From the NCBI RefSeq assembly GCF_009914755.1, contig NC_060928.1: DNA of 64,000 nucleotides; one strand, 5' to 3'. The notes beneath the pieces are model-generated. The model was not told the origin of the DNA. It was given only the letters and a program-made list of their open reading frames with translations, and searched no databases. This DNA comes from the human T2T-CHM13v2.0 reference genome, Homo sapiens. The position numbers and the translations under genes are program-made. Of this stretch, positions 28,198 through 44,157 are shown in pieces (position 1 is the stretch's first letter; the number at the start of each line of letters is the position of its first letter).

Positions 28198-28507
28198 CAG
28201 CGGTTGCCAAGGACCGATTTTGTTGAAGACATTTTATCCATGAGCAGCGGATGGTTTCAGGATGAAGCCGTTCTGCCTCAAATCATCAGGCATAAGATTC
28301 TCATAAGGGGTGCGCAACCTAGATCCCTTTCACAGGCAGTTCATGAGAGGGTTCGTGCACCTGTGAGAATCTAATGCCATCTCTGATCTGACAGGAGGTG
28401 GAGCTCAGGCGGTAATGCTCACTCGCCGCCTCTCCCCCGCCCCGACTCACCTTCTGCTGTGCGGCCCAGTTTCAGTACCGGTTCATGGCCTGGGGGATGG
28501 GGACACT
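28198..28507 (-). mobile_element. MER1B-like hAT-Charlie DNA transposon
   Basis: gatggtttcaggatgaag..tcatcaggcataagattctcataagg..gcaacctagatccc..ctgacaggaggtggagctcaggcggtaatgc. Confidence 0.85.
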
Positions 28508-31500
28508 AAGTCTCGGTACCGAACTGAATGGTTCCATGTGTTGTCTACGTGAGGTTTTGAGTCAATGCGTTGAAGATGTTTATTCTTTGAGGTTTTATCT
28601 TTGGCAAGTTGTGAATTAGAATTTGTTAAGCAGCTGCTAAATATTGAGTATATCACTTTTTGTGTAGTGTAATTGTCTTCTCCATCTCAGCACTGTCTGG
28701 GCACACTGCCTGCTCTAACTGCCTAGCAGCTTTTAAAGACCTTGGATAAGGGTAAGTCAGCACAGATAAAAACCCACACTTAGTAATGGACAAGATCTAT
28801 AGTAAGACTTTCATTGTGCTTAAATTGCTCTGTTGTTCAAACATTATAAAACCTATTTATAACCCCTTGTTCTAATGCTCTAACCTTTACTGGTAAAATA
28901 CATGTAATATGATATGAAACAAGACTTTGATTATTTTCAAAACTGTTAATACCAGACATGGAGTGAGAATAGCATTATAATTCTGACGACTGTTGAGAAA
29001 ACACAGCAACTATTTTAGAATCAAAAAAATGAACCTTTTTCTTTGGAAAATTTTTTAAAATTTGGAATCCCCTTGGAATGTGTCAGTATATTTGTGTCAG
29101 AATGCATGTTTTAATTTTTGAATTGCCCTGCAAAGTTAATTGTCAGTTTAACAGTAATCATTAAATGACCAAAAAAAAAAAAAAATGACTGACATTGATG
29201 AAGAAAGCAATAACTTCATTTGATTGGAGATTTAGATTTCCTGGGTGTATATCTCAGGCGATAAAAAGTGCTATACTGCTACCATCTATATTTATTAACA
29301 AAGCCAAGTCTACTAGCTGCAGTTGACAGGAGTATAGGAAATGTGACTTTAGATGAGTTGGTCTAACCATATCATATAGTGTTTTGATGTTAGGTGTGTT
29401 TTTAAAAACTTGGAGCAGCATTTTATTTTCTCAAAGACAGTTAAGTAGAAATAAGAAAACTATTTGGTAGTCATTCATTTAAATAATTTTGGGGGGTGTA
29501 ATGCATGAGAGAAGTAAAAGAGTTATGGCTTATTCTAAGTGGTTTAATCTAGAAAGTCATTTTTTATTTTTATTATATTGAATCAACCTTAAAATGGTAG
29601 AACAATAACCAGTTAAGTTAATACTGTAGCTTAATGCAAAATAATTACTTCAGGTTAATGGATTTTGCTCTGTTGGGGGAAAATAAAAGCACCCTATAGC
29701 GATTGTTATTGACTTAATTTTCTCAATGCCATAGGCCTATACAAAGTAGTCAGCATTTTTGCTTTTGGAGGTAACACATTTTCTCTTGCTTCTAAGTTAC
29801 TAGGTCATGTATTAAATTGCTCAATATACCTATTTTAATGCACTGGCTACATGCTGAGCAAATTATACTACATACTGAAGATCTGAATCTAGTAATCTAT
29901 GTTGTTAGACAATTTGAAAGTCTAGAAAAGTTTCTTTAAGGAAATCTACCAGGGAATTAATTTCTACCCAATTTCAATATTCAAATATTTATTAACTTTA
30001 CACTAAAATTTCTTCTCTGACATTTAGACATTTTCATTACTTTTATAACAAATTGGGTACAACAACTGTAAAATTTAATTTTTATTATTTAAATTAATTA
30101 TGCATATAAAAATAAAGGCATTTATATATTATTATAAAATTTTATGTGATATGGTGAGCAGCACTTAATCTAAAATAAACTTAATATTTCTATTGACAAC
30201 TTAAATAAAAGCATTATACATTACAAAAAACAATGAAGAAAAGCCTACTGCTGTGTATCTTATTTTGTGTTTTCCCCTCACACAGAAAAAGTATTTTTAA
30301 AATCTCATCACTTGCAAGAGCAGATTTACTTTCTTACTGAAAATGATCCACCTGCTTTTTTGTAGTTTAACCTCATACTTGAAAATCTATTTTAGATTTT
30401 CTCTGCAGATGATGTGTCTCAGGGTCACTAAATAATATATTTTAACCATAATAATGTTAAATTATGTTTTTCTTACTATTATTTCTGTGACGTGTTTTAT
30501 GATACTCTTCAGATTTCCTGGAAAATGCTCCCTTATAAACTAATGGCAGTGGTACAAACTATATTTTGGTATATACCAGACTAGGATATACCAACTAGGA
30601 TACCTTCAATCACAAATAAGAAAAACAGCTCCTCATTAGATAAACAACAAAAAGGGGGTTTTCTTGGCTTTCATAAATAAAAAATGTAAATGGGTATAAT
30701 GAGCTCTAAGATTGCCTCCTGCCCATCTGGTGGCTCATTCATAACCAAGGACTCAGAATTGTTTTTTTCCTCTTTGCTATAATTTCTACAGTGCCAGTTT
30801 ATCCTCACCTGGCTTTCCTTGTGGTCCTAGGATCGGAACCACACATTTTCTTGTTCAGACTCAAAAGAAGGGAACATGTCTGTCCTAGCTTTCCAAAAGA
30901 GAATTCGAGTTTGGTGGATTGAACCAGCTTAATTCTCTTGCTCAAACTTAAACCAGCATTACCAAGAGAATGTAATCTGCTGATTGGCTTAAGTCATTTG
31001 ATAACCTGTCTGGGCCTAGGAGATAAGGAGAGAAGTTCAGCTTTATTGTAATTATGTGAATCTTACTGGAATTATATGGGGAAACATAGGTACTCTAATG
31101 AAAAACCAGGATACTTCCAAGAAAGAAGGAGGATCCTGGGTAGGCACCTACAAATACCCACTTCTATAGCTTGGATATTCCATTTTTAAAAAGTTGTATG
31201 TTTTGTTTTTTTAAAAAATTTATTTGTTTTCTTTTTAAATTTGTTTACTTTCTCTATGATTTTTAAAATATTCATTTGCTTTCTTATTTTTTGTTTGGAA
31301 ATCCAAAGACATAAAAAACAGAATTATTCCATCATAGCTTAACAGTTTAGCAAGGTCTTTGTTCATTTTTGCAAAGTGAAACAGAGAGAGAAAAATGTTT
31401 TGGAGTTATGTGAGAGTAAATAAAGCATTACTAGCCATCTCAACTTTTCTGTAGAATGGGGTGATGGTAATTCAGCTATTAAATTCAAATGTTGAATAAA

Positions 31501-32068
31501 GGAGAAAAACACAAATCTAAGTCATCTATAATTGTCAGGAACTAAGGAAAATAAGGCTAAAAGTAAACTTTTAGTCAATCAACAGCTATTTATTGGACAC
31601 TTACTATGTTCTCAGCACAATGCTGATTTCTATGGAGGATTCCAATCAAGTGTAAGAGAAGAAGCTGCTTTCACGAAGTGTATAGGCTACACACAAAGTC
31701 AAGGTGAACACACAAGAAACAAAGGCAAGCAACAGAAGACACTCTTGGTACTAAATTATATGGAATAGACTGTGTACTAGAGAGGAAGATTTGGAATAGC
31801 CTAGATTTTGTTAACGAAAAACTCACAGAGGACTGGAGCCAGGCATTGACTCGTAGATAAGGTCTGCAGACAGGAAAATGCAAAGGAAGACTTTGCAGAT
31901 GGGAAGATTAGTAACAACAACGTGAGGAGGTAGAATTGAGCATGTGAGTGTAGAAATAGTGGTGAGACAAGTTGGTCTGGAGCAACATCACAATATGTAT
32001 TAAAGGTTTGTTTTCATTATAACTTACTGAGTAAAATGGGGCAAGGATATAAAAGGTCTTGATGTTCA

Positions 32069-32473
<405 letters not shown>

Positions 32474-32676
32474 TCAGGTTGCTGTATAGGATGCACTGGA
32501 ATGAGTAACTGGAAACATGCAAAATAGTTCAAATGCTTTCTTGGTAATTTATCCATGAGAAGCTGAAAGCAGGGATCATGGTAGACCCAGAGAGAATACA
32601 GTATTTTCTTTCTGTTTGCTGGCAATAACCAGACATGGTATAATATCATCTGTGGAATTTGCTGTTAAAACACATG

Positions 32677-32875
32677 GCAGAATAGTGTAGTTGAAAGAAC
32701 ATGAATTTTGGAATTAGTTAAACATGGGTTCGAATCCCAGCTCCATGTTTTAAGTAATGTGAAACTTCAGGCATGCTTCTTAATCCCTGTGAATGCTAAT
32801 TTCCTTGAGTCATATAAAGATACAGTATTTGTTTCAATGGACTGCTGGCATTAAATAACGAATGTAAAGTGCTTA
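32677..32875 (+). mobile_element. MIR
   Basis: gggttcgaatcccagctc B-box-like motif and MIR core. Confidence 0.75.
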
Positions 32876-33110
32876 GACTTCTCTCTTCTTACTAACACCA
32901 CCCAAATTTCTTACCCACTGGAAATAAAAACTGGAAGAATTCCTATGTCTAAGAAAACATTTGAACATTCTTCATCAAGCAGGTCATAGAAATTCCATAA
33001 TGTCACAAGGCAGAGCTTTCCAGCTCATCCCTAGTAAATGGCTTAGGTGAAAGTAAAAGGAAGTTAATTGTCCAATTGCTAGATAAAAGTACAGGTGTTC
33101 TCTGAAACAA

Positions 33111-33243
33111 TTTTTTTTTTTTTTTTTTTTTGGCAACAGGGTCTTGCTTTCTCATTCAGGCTGGAGTGCAGTGGTGCAACCTCGGCTCACCGCAACCTCT
33201 GCTTCCTTGGTTTCAGCAATTATCCTGCCTCAGCCTTTTTGAG
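33111..33243 (-). mobile_element. 5'-truncated Alu (right arm)
   Basis: Poly-T + caggctggagtgcagtggtgcaacctcggctcac. Confidence 0.85.
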
Positions 33244-34434
33244 TCTGAGGCAGTTTGATCCTTATTGAAAAGGGCAGCTGAGGGAGTAAAAAGAGTACTG
33301 AGTTTGGATCCCTTTAGGGTTCAGATCTTGGTCTCACCACTTGGTGTCTCCTTGGGTGGATAACTGTGAGCCACAGTCTCATTCGTAAAAGGAGCCTAAT
33401 AGCATAGTTGTGGATATAAAACAGGATGACACAGTAAACACTTGATAAAACTTAACCTCCCCAGAAAGATTTAGGACATTAGTCATTTTAATGTCATTGG
33501 ATAGTTTAACTATGAACTAATCTTTTAATCATCTTTGGAGAGAGGAAAGTAGTTAAAATAATTTATAATATCCTAACCCTGGCTAAGAATTGTCAACTTC
33601 AGATTATCTGAGAAAATGTATATGATACTTTAATTAATAGGATGCCTTCTTAACTATTAATACTAAACAAGTATATAATCATATATTTTGTCCTTTTCCC
33701 TTAAATGCTCCCCCAGAGTACACAAAGTAGTCTTTATTTTTGTGACTACAATTAGTACCCATTGGTTTTTTACATCCTTTGCAGCTGTGCCTTCACAATA
33801 TATTTAGGGAAATAATTTGAATCATCCTGACCTTAAAGCTTGGTGACAATTTGGGGATGTTTTCCAACTTATCTTTCATAATGCTAATTCCAAGGAAGAA
33901 GAAGATGCATAGTTTCTGGGATGGGAATTAGAGTAGTATTTCCCAACCAGTGCTAACTGGAGTCTGTGAACATCCTCCTAGCATGTCGTGGTTAAGGCTG
34001 CTGAAGAGTTCTGCTCTGTGAAGAAACTTAAATCTTGACGTTGACCTGCCTGCAAAAGATGGGGTGCTTCTTCAAAAGAGGAAGTCTACTTACAAAATTT
34101 GAACCCAGATCTTTCTGTAACGATTCTTATTTCCTACTGTTGGACTTGGTTATGTAACTTATTGAGTGTGTTTTCCAGTAAATATAGAGTATATAATACT
34201 CTCAGAAAACTGGAAATAGCACATGGAATTAAGGGTATTGTAAAGATTTAGAGCTGTAGATTTTAGAGGTTCCAGGTAAGATAGCATTTGAAGAGCTAAA
34301 TGACTACAAAATCTGAAAATAAATGTCTAAGATATGAGTTTCTTTTCCAAACAGAAAGGAAGCATACAAGTTGTAAGAGATGTGGTTGGCAGGGTAGGTG
34401 AGGGCCAGATTATGTAAGACTGTATTAGACTTTA

Positions 34435-34973
34435 TGTCAGTTGGCTATTGCTGCATAACAAATTATCCCCAAACTTAGTGGGGATATTATTAGCTTAAAA
34501 CAGCAATAAATATTATCATCACAGTCACTGTGGAGTGGTGGCTTAGTTGTGCAGAGTTTCTCATAAGGTTGTAGTGAAGATGTTAACCAGAGCTGAATTC
34601 ACCTGAAGGCCTTTCTAGGGCTAGAGGATTCCGTCCAAAGCTGATTCTTTCACATGTTTGGCATGTTGGTGCTAATTGTTGGTAGAGGGGTCAGTTTCTT
34701 CCCCCTGTGAGTCCTTCCATAGGCTGCCTCAGTGTCAGCATAACACAGCAACTCATTTCCTTCAGAGAAGATGATCCAAAAGAGACAAGAAGGCAGAAGG
34801 GCAGTGACTTTTAAACCTTAGCCTCAGAAATCACGCACCATCAATTCTGCCATCATCAGTGCTTTAGAAGCAAACTACTCAGATGTCCTCCATTCAAGAG
34901 GAGGGAAATTTGGCTCCACTTTTTGAAGTGAGGAGTGTCAAAGAATTTGCAGGTGTATGTTAAAACCACCACA
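34435..34973 (-). mobile_element. MLT1-family MaLR LTR
   Basis: ctattgctgcataacaaattatccccaaacttagtgg...taaaaccaccaca. Confidence 0.8.
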
Positions 34974-35513
34974 GGTATAAAAAGGAATTTGAATTCTGTT
35001 TTACTTTATTCCTTTATGTAACAAATATTTACTGAACACCTACTAAGTGCTAAGCATTTTTATGGGCACTAAATAAAGCCTCTCAGAGAGAGTAACACTT
35101 ATGTCGAGGCCTGAAAGATTAAGAAGATATGGTAAGAGTTTCCAACATCTCTGCACTTGCTGTATCTGTTCACCTCCTATTCTCTCCTGAACCTCTGTAA
35201 CTGGCCAGTCTCCTTGGTGGTTACTCAATCTCTGGGTTAAAAATTCCTCAACTGTAAAATGGTGACATCTGTTTCAGCTGCAACATTTTCATCTAGGAAA
35301 ATACGGCAGTTTCTTTTAATCACTGAAATATATTTAATAAGCTTAGCAATGTAACATTGAAAGTAAAAACAAATAAAATGAGTAGTTTACACAGATATTT
35401 TATGTAATCATTTGAAATTTCCATAATCATTTTCTACTCTTGTGATATATTTTAGAGAATGTGAATTAGCTTATGCATCATCTATGAAATTACCTAAGGC
35501 CTATCTTTAGCTG

Positions 35514-35572
35514 AGTGGTAATATTGTAGTTTTCTATATTAAGTGGTAAAATTGTAGTTTTCTATATTAAGT
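35514..35572. repeat. 28-bp tandem duplication
   Basis: agtggtaa(t/a)attgtagttttctatatta x2. Confidence 0.85.
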
Positions 35573-36879
35573 TCTGGCTAAGAGATCTTTGAAGTTTTTT
35601 TTTTTTTTTTTTTTAATTTTAAGACCTGTAAGAATTCCTTTTGAGATGCATTCTTGCACTGGCTTTTACCCATGCTAGTAATTTCTCTTACTGTTCTTTC
35701 ACTATTCATTAGACTCAGGTTTAGAGGACAAAATTCCCCAAGTGAAATATGTGTCTGCAGCAAAGACACTCATACTTCCCCTACAAACACCACATCTTTT
35801 GAGAGACAATGGAGCAAGAAGAGAAAAGAACAATAAAGAACATTCCACTTTCTCTGTATCTGCCATCCTGATTTCATTTAGACCTCCTAATGTTCTCTCT
35901 GATCTGTGTGCATGGGCCATAATATACCTTCTTCACGGAGTTAATTGCTCAGTCTTTAGTATTCCAGCAGCATTTTATTCATGTTTCTCTTTTGGAAATT
36001 ATAGTATGTCTGGAGCCTTAAATGATTCTATATAGATGTATTCTGTGAATTGTCATTTTTTTTACTCTTGAGAGCAGGACCCCCCAGTGCCTAGGAATAA
36101 TTTTTAGAACAAATCTGGTGCTATAAAGACTGTTGAAAATGAATAGTCACATTTACTCTTATATTAAGATAAAAGTAATTTTATATGATCACTCTTTTTA
36201 AGCCAACCAAATGATGAATCTTCACTTGTGTAAGGGAAGAATAAAGTTATGCATGCCAGGAAAATAAAGGCTGAAAAGTTAAGATTCTTTAAAATTGATA
36301 ATAATGACAATGCTTAGAGTTGAAGTTCTTATCCAAAACATTGGTGTTAAACCATTCATTACCTTGTATATTAACAGTATTTTTCTCTGTATAATTTCTT
36401 TGAAATGACTTATAAATATCAATAAATTTACTTGCTTTAAAGATTTTCCAAAAGCTTCATTAAATCTACATCTGATATGTAAAAATATAAATATTAGCTC
36501 TTGCACATTCAATTTGTCAAGATAATCCAATTACCAAAAGGAATTTTCACCATTGGCTAAAACCTGATTACTGGTTTATAGTCATATTACTAATGTAAAT
36601 AGGAAGATATTTTTGTAATAAGTGTTTGAATTCCCTAAAATACAGCATGATTTCTATATTTGAAGAAAAGCATTATAGCTGTTTAATAAACCTGAGAACT
36701 ATTATCAATGACTGATAAATAATACAGACTGAATGCAATGCTTATCTTCCTAATCGTGAAACAGAGTATAAATAAATGAAGAGTAAATTACATTTTAAAA
36801 TACTAAGATCATATTAATACTTGTAATTCTCACTTCTTGGGATTTAACAAAAACCTGCTTTCCACTCTTCTGGACTATA

Positions 36880-37455
36880 GTCTGGCCTCTGTTTTCCAAT
36901 GTATCCTCCCCATTCCTCGCCAAGTAATATCTTTAAAAATCAAATGTGTCTGTGTCAAACCCCCGTACAAAAACCAATTCCTCGCAAGGCTTTCAGAATA
37001 AAATTCAGACTCCTCAGCACGGCAGACAGGGACTGATCCCTGCCTATCTAAGCTGCTTCTCCCCAGTAACAATGCATTAATTGTAAGTTTCCGTATGTCC
37101 TGTGTTGTCTCATTGCACGGTGTTCCTTCTCTTTCAAATACCTTGCCTGCTTCTGTGTCTTCAGTGTCTTCCAGCTGTTACTCCCAGTAACTTCGTTCAG
37201 ATATCATTTCCTTATCTAGTTGAATTATGGGTCTTTCATCTGTGTTCTCTTTATATCCAACACATAATTTAAAAAAACTAATTATATAGGTGTTCACTAA
37301 AGTGTAATACAGAATTTTGCTAACTTGTCCATCTCAGTCTCTGGGCTGTGAATTCTCAAAACAGGAACCTTGAATTTTGTCTCTGAATCATTAGAGCTGA
37401 ACACAATGCCTAGCAGTGAAAAGTCACCAAACATATTTTTGTTGAGTAAATATAA
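36880..37455 (+). mobile_element. L2 3' end
   Basis: ...acacaatgcctagca...atatttttgttgagtaaat terminal motif. Confidence 0.6.
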
Positions 37456-38889
37456 TGAATAACAAATAATTCATAGTTTTCTATGGACAGGAGTAATGTT
37501 CAAAATATTTAATAACCAGATGCTAGGAGCACCTGTTGGTCACACCAGAACTACTGTAACAACTGGTAATGCTGTACTTATTTCACCCACCCAGTATCAG
37601 CCTGGGCTGTGGATATCTTTGACTTTTTTATACCAAAAAGGAGAAAATGCATCTATTTTCATACCTACATGCAACTAGAGCCTTTTTAGAAACACACAGA
37701 GACATAAGGTGTTGGAAAGCACCTGGATGCATATACACAGAAGCCAATACAGTTGTGTTCTTAAGCTATTAATATGTGATGATAAATGCTTTCCTATAAA
37801 GTTTACAGTGGTGTTAAAGTGCTGCCATGCCTTGTCCTAATTACCCAGAGGCATGTTTCACATTCTCCAGTGGGCTATTTTTTGTTGTTAAATACCAGTA
37901 AGTTAAGAGAGAATAATTTCCACATTTTAAGGACCTGTAGTAAATCTTTATTGCCTTACTTCACATGTTTTGTAACAATAAACAATGCTCCGATCTCCCA
38001 ACCAAAGCTTCCTTCATCTTTTATGTACACTATTGCAAAGGGTACTGCAGGAGCTGATTGACAACCTACTTCCATTCTTGTCTCCTAGCACCCCAAGCCA
38101 AGGCATCTGTTTTCACCAGAATGAACTTTCTAAAATGCAAATGTGATTATGGTACTTCCTACCAAAATACATTCAACTTTTCTGCATCACCTATAACAAA
38201 CTTTTCAAGGCAATTTAAAAAAATGTGCTCTTAAAAAAATGCTCATTTTTGGGCTTTACACATGGAGACTCCAATTCAGTAGGGATGAGGTGGTAGAGTG
38301 GTACCTAGGCACTCTTAAAAGCTATTACAGGAGATTCTATCACACAGCCAGGCTGAGGAAAATTCATCCACAGGATGGAGTCCTAATACCATTACAGGGA
38401 AGAGACTATTCAGTAACTGCCACCTGCCTGTCACTCCCAGATCACTTATTAGCTCAAGACTTTGGCTTAATTACGTAGGTATTTGAGCCTCAGCTGCCTC
38501 AGTTTGAATGAGGATAATAGTACAAATGTTGCAGCACCATTCTAAGTATTAGATATAGTATTAGGTCATTTATCATCCAAACTGAGGCACTATTAATAAT
38601 TACTTCAGGATACTATGATAAACTTGAGCTGTCCCAGACAAACTAGAGCACTATAATTTGAGGAGATACATTCAAAGCATTTTTTACAGTGGATATAACA
38701 GAAGCTCAATAAGTCACATTCATTTTTATCATTCTTCGCATTTGCTCCCCTATTCTGCTGGAAGTTGTAGCACACCAGGGTCATGGTGCAAGGCACACAT
38801 GTGATGTTTGTGAAATGCTCTAACCAAGATCTTGAATGTTTGTCTATCATTACTCTTCTCCCCATATTCTTGATACTTTCTTCCTTGAT

Positions 38890-39425
38890 TTTTTTTGTTT
38901 TGTTTTAACTTTTTATTTCCATAGGTTTTAAGGGAACAGGTGGTGTTTAGTTACATGAATAAGTTCTTTGGTGGTGATTTCTAAGATTCTGGTGCACCCA
39001 TCACCCGGGCAGTATACACTGTGCCCAATTTGTAGTCTTTATCACTCAGCTCCCTCCCACCCTTTTCCCCCAAGTCCCCAAAGTCCATTGTATCATTCTT
39101 ATGGCTTTGTATCCTCATAGCTTAGCTCCCCCTAAGAGTGAGAACATACGATGTTTAGTTTTCCATTCCTGAGTTTCTTCACTTATAATAATGGTCTCCA
39201 ATTCCATCTAGGTTGCTGCAAATGCCATTATTTTGTTCCTTTTTATGGCTGGGTATTAGTACATGGTATATATACGTACCACAATTTCTTTAACCACTCA
39301 TTGATTGATGGGCATTTGGGGTGGTTCCATATTTTTGCAACTGTGAATTGTGCTGCTATAAACACGTGTGTGCAAGTATCTTTTTTGTATAATGACTTCT
39401 TTTCCTCTGGGTAGATACCCAGTAG
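38890..39425 (-). mobile_element. L1PB-like 3' end
   Basis: gaacaggtggtgtttagttacatgaataagttc...ctctgggtagatacccagtag. Confidence 0.88.
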
Positions 39426-39841
39426 TCTCCCTTGATATTTTTTATAAACCTTGATATTCCCCTCTTTTCTCCTACTTTAGCTCATCTCTTTGTAAGTCCC
39501 AGGACAAGGAATGCAAAAGAGGCCCGCTTGCAATATATTTTTTTTTAAATTAAAAACTACATATCAAGCTAAAAAACGATTAAGTATCTCCTACTTTGAT
39601 GGGTAAATCATGACAGGTCCAAAATTAGACATCCTGGAATGCTTGGAGTTGCACACAGGACTGTGATGAGGGCAATGCCACTCCTGGGGGCCTACCACCC
39701 AGTCCCCTTTCTACTCCTATCCCTGACTCCATCTGCCTGACAGGAGCATCACATGGAAGGGTGTGGACACACCAACCTGCACATATTCAAGCTTTGTTCA
39801 TCTCCCATTTTTACCTTCCCTAGCAAACAACTTGAAAGGTG

Positions 39842-40288
39842 TGTATTACATACCTGTTGCTACTGTAACAAATTACTACACCACCAGTGGCTTGAAACAA
39901 CACAGATTTATTCTTTTTTAGTATTGGAAATTAGTCTTACAGAACTAAAACCAAGATGTTGGCATTGCTGTTTCCTTCCGGAGGCTCTAGGTGAGAATCC
40001 CTTTTCTTGCCTTTCTCAGCTTCTAACGCTGCATTCTTGGATCACGGCCCCGTTCTCCATCTCCAAAGCCAGCAGTGTAGCATCTTCTCTCCTCTTTGCC
40101 TTCTGTCTTGCTCTTGTAAAGACCCCAGTGATTACATAGAGCCTGTTTGGATAATCCAGGATAACCTCCTCATCTCAAAATTTTTAACTTCACATCTACA
40201 GAGTTCCTTTTGCCAAATTAGGTAGCATTTACAGGTTCCAGAGATTAGGATGTGGACATATGTGGGGGCCATCATTCTGCCTCCCAAA
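39842..40288 (-). mobile_element. MLT1-family MaLR LTR, apparently nested in an older element (~39660-40550)
   Basis: tgctactgtaacaaattactac...gataatccaggataacctcc...ggggccatcattctgcct. Confidence 0.85.
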
Positions 40289-41028
40289 GGGTGTGCCTAC
40301 CAATGGACACTTGAGAGGATGAACCCAAGGAAGAAGTGTGAGTGAGCACTGGAGCCACACTTGGGAACACGTAGGCAGGGATTCTGGTAATGGAGGAGCT
40401 GTGGGATCATGGTGAGCCTGTCCTCTTGGCTCTCAGAATTCTTTGCCCTGCCCAGCCAGAGGAAGTCCCTCTAAAGCTCAGGACCCAGGGCAGGGTCCTT
40501 TCTCAGGCAGGGACCTCAGCATGGTACATCTCCTTTCTCCTGCTGATCTGGCGACCTCTGCCTGATTCCCTTTCTCTTGATCTATCTACAAGACTGTCAG
40601 AGGAAAGCATGTTAGCAAATTGTTTTACTCTATTAAAAGTTCTTTTTCTCTTATTTTCATCCCTGCCTTTTGCTTGTCATGAAAGAGCCCCATTCCACAC
40701 CCACTCATTGTTTTTAACCATCCTCACTGGCTTTCCCTTCCTTTGAATCTCTAATTCTAGCCTTCCGCCACCTCTTCAGTGTTCTTAAAATACACAAGAT
40801 TTCGCCTGCTTGCTGTGTTTTTTTAAAAAATATGCTATCCAGCTAGCAAGTTATTCCTGAATCCTACAACGTTGTTAATTCATTCCTCTTATATTTCTTT
40901 TTTAGTTGTAAATTTTCCTCCAACATTTGAAGCCAGAAGATTTTCTTCTATAATCTTAATTTAAAATCACTCTACTTGGTCTACTTGTATACTCTGTCTT
41001 TATATTTTGCTGGATGTTGGCCATTTTA

Positions 41029-41267
<239 letters not shown>

Positions 41268-41749
41268 TTAAAAATCTCTGAACGCTGATCTGTGTTTTTA
41301 CTTATTCTCGTTAATGCATGGAAAGCTTAAGGAATCATCTATGTTTAAGGTCTGACATGGTTTTGAGACCTTATGAATTATTTCACAAGAAGGTTTTGTA
41401 GGTTTTTTCCTTAATGAGACATTACATATTCCTAAGGCTCTGATGAAAAGAAAATTTGCCCATTCAAATTTAATTTTAAACTCATGTTATACAATTTCAG
41501 TGATTTTAAAAATCTATGCCTATAATAATGTTATAATATTACCATAGTGTGTGCTCCATTAGGGCGCATGTGTCTGTCTTGTTTATCACTGTAGCTCCGT
41601 GATAGCCTAGCCACCAGTGGCTGTATTTTAGTAAATAACTGTGTAAGTGAATGTGAGAATGAATGATAGAATTTCAAAATGGCTTTAAAAAACAATATAA
41701 AGATGTTCCATATAAACCATGCTGCCTCAGTCACAACACTGAAATATAG

Positions 41750-42069
<320 letters not shown>

Positions 42070-42326
42070 AAGACTTTTACATTTTCAATCAAATTTGTAG
42101 TCTCTCCTAGCCTATTCTGCTATGAGTAGTAAATTACTTCACTAAGGGTGCTAACTAAACTCTGTATATTCAAGATAACCATGGTCTGTTTAAATAGTTT
42201 ATGAATGATAAATGCAGAAGATATTATATAGATGTTATTTTATAAAGATGCTATATATAGTGATAATTCCATATGTTATGAACTTATACAGATACTGAGA
42301 TACCAAATATGCTAAAGACACTAAGA

Positions 42327-42616
<290 letters not shown>

Positions 42617-42877
42617 ACTAAGATATCTTTTACGCAGTGTTAGCTGACGAGAAATGTGACTCTCTGGTACTGAAATGAAGACTTTCCTCATTGCTTTAGG
42701 AATTGTGTATGGGGCTTGATTCACTGCGATTTTGTCTAGCTTTATAATGATAAATATGTGTATAATTTATTCAGTATGAAAGTATTTTACCTATCTTCCC
42801 TATGTCGAAGGTTTACTTCCTAGTGTTCTCTCTTATACAAATGATTGAAGGTGTCTTTTTTTATTGCTTGTCCTCAG

Positions 42878-42976
42878 AATGGCTTTACTCCTTTATACAT
42901 GGCTGCCCAAGAGAATCACATTGATGTTGTAAAATATTTGCTGGAAAATGGAGCTAATCAGAGCACTGCTACAGAG
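42878..42976 (+). CDS. ANK2: Ankyrin-B coding exon (~exon 5): [33 protein letters not shown]
   Basis: tcctcag acceptor, 99 nt, GAG|gtaaga donor. Confidence 0.97.
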
Positions 42977-43687
42977 GTAAGACTGTCAGCCCTAAAGCCT
43001 TGAATTCTTTGATCTTAATGTCCATATTCTTTATATCAGGCTGCAAATAGTCTCCATTACTTTGTCTAAAATATGCTAGGAATGTTCATGTTACTATTAT
43101 AATCGCAACAGTGGCTGTGAACAAATGACTCAGGCTTGTGCACAGAGTTCCATCAGTTTATGCCTTCATTTTGGATTCGTGTCTATTTATTCTTACATAA
43201 AATCATGCTTCCATTAATTTTCCATCCTCTGACCTTTTAGGAGGTTTGTACCATTCTAAAATTCAATTACAGTAAATTCTACTCATCTCTTTTCACCAAT
43301 ACTTTATCTTTGTTAGGATCCAATATAATTCCTTAAAGGAACAATTTTTTTTACCATCAGAAATAATTCATAAGTATCTGTGTTAGCACAGTTTCATGAG
43401 GAATGTCATTAAAAAAAAACCCTGTACCTTATTGAAGCACAAATTATGACACATGGTTGTGTGACTGATTATGGCAACAACTGAATAGAATGTTCAAAAT
43501 CAGTCTAGTTTTAAAGAGTTCCAGGACATCTAGACATAAGAAGTGGGAGTGGGCAGGGACCCTGAGAACATCAGTTTTCTTTCCTAAGCATTTCTTATTC
43601 CATTTTCTTTGTATTTTCCCTCTCATTTTTGCTTAGGCAGATTAAGGAGCAAGTTCAATGACTGTCTGGGGCAGTGATTTCAAGTGA

Positions 43688-44157
<470 letters not shown>

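Noticed and set aside
32725-32745. tRNA T-loop/B-box-like gggttcgaatccc
   Set aside because: Part of the tRNA-derived head of a MIR; no cloverleaf
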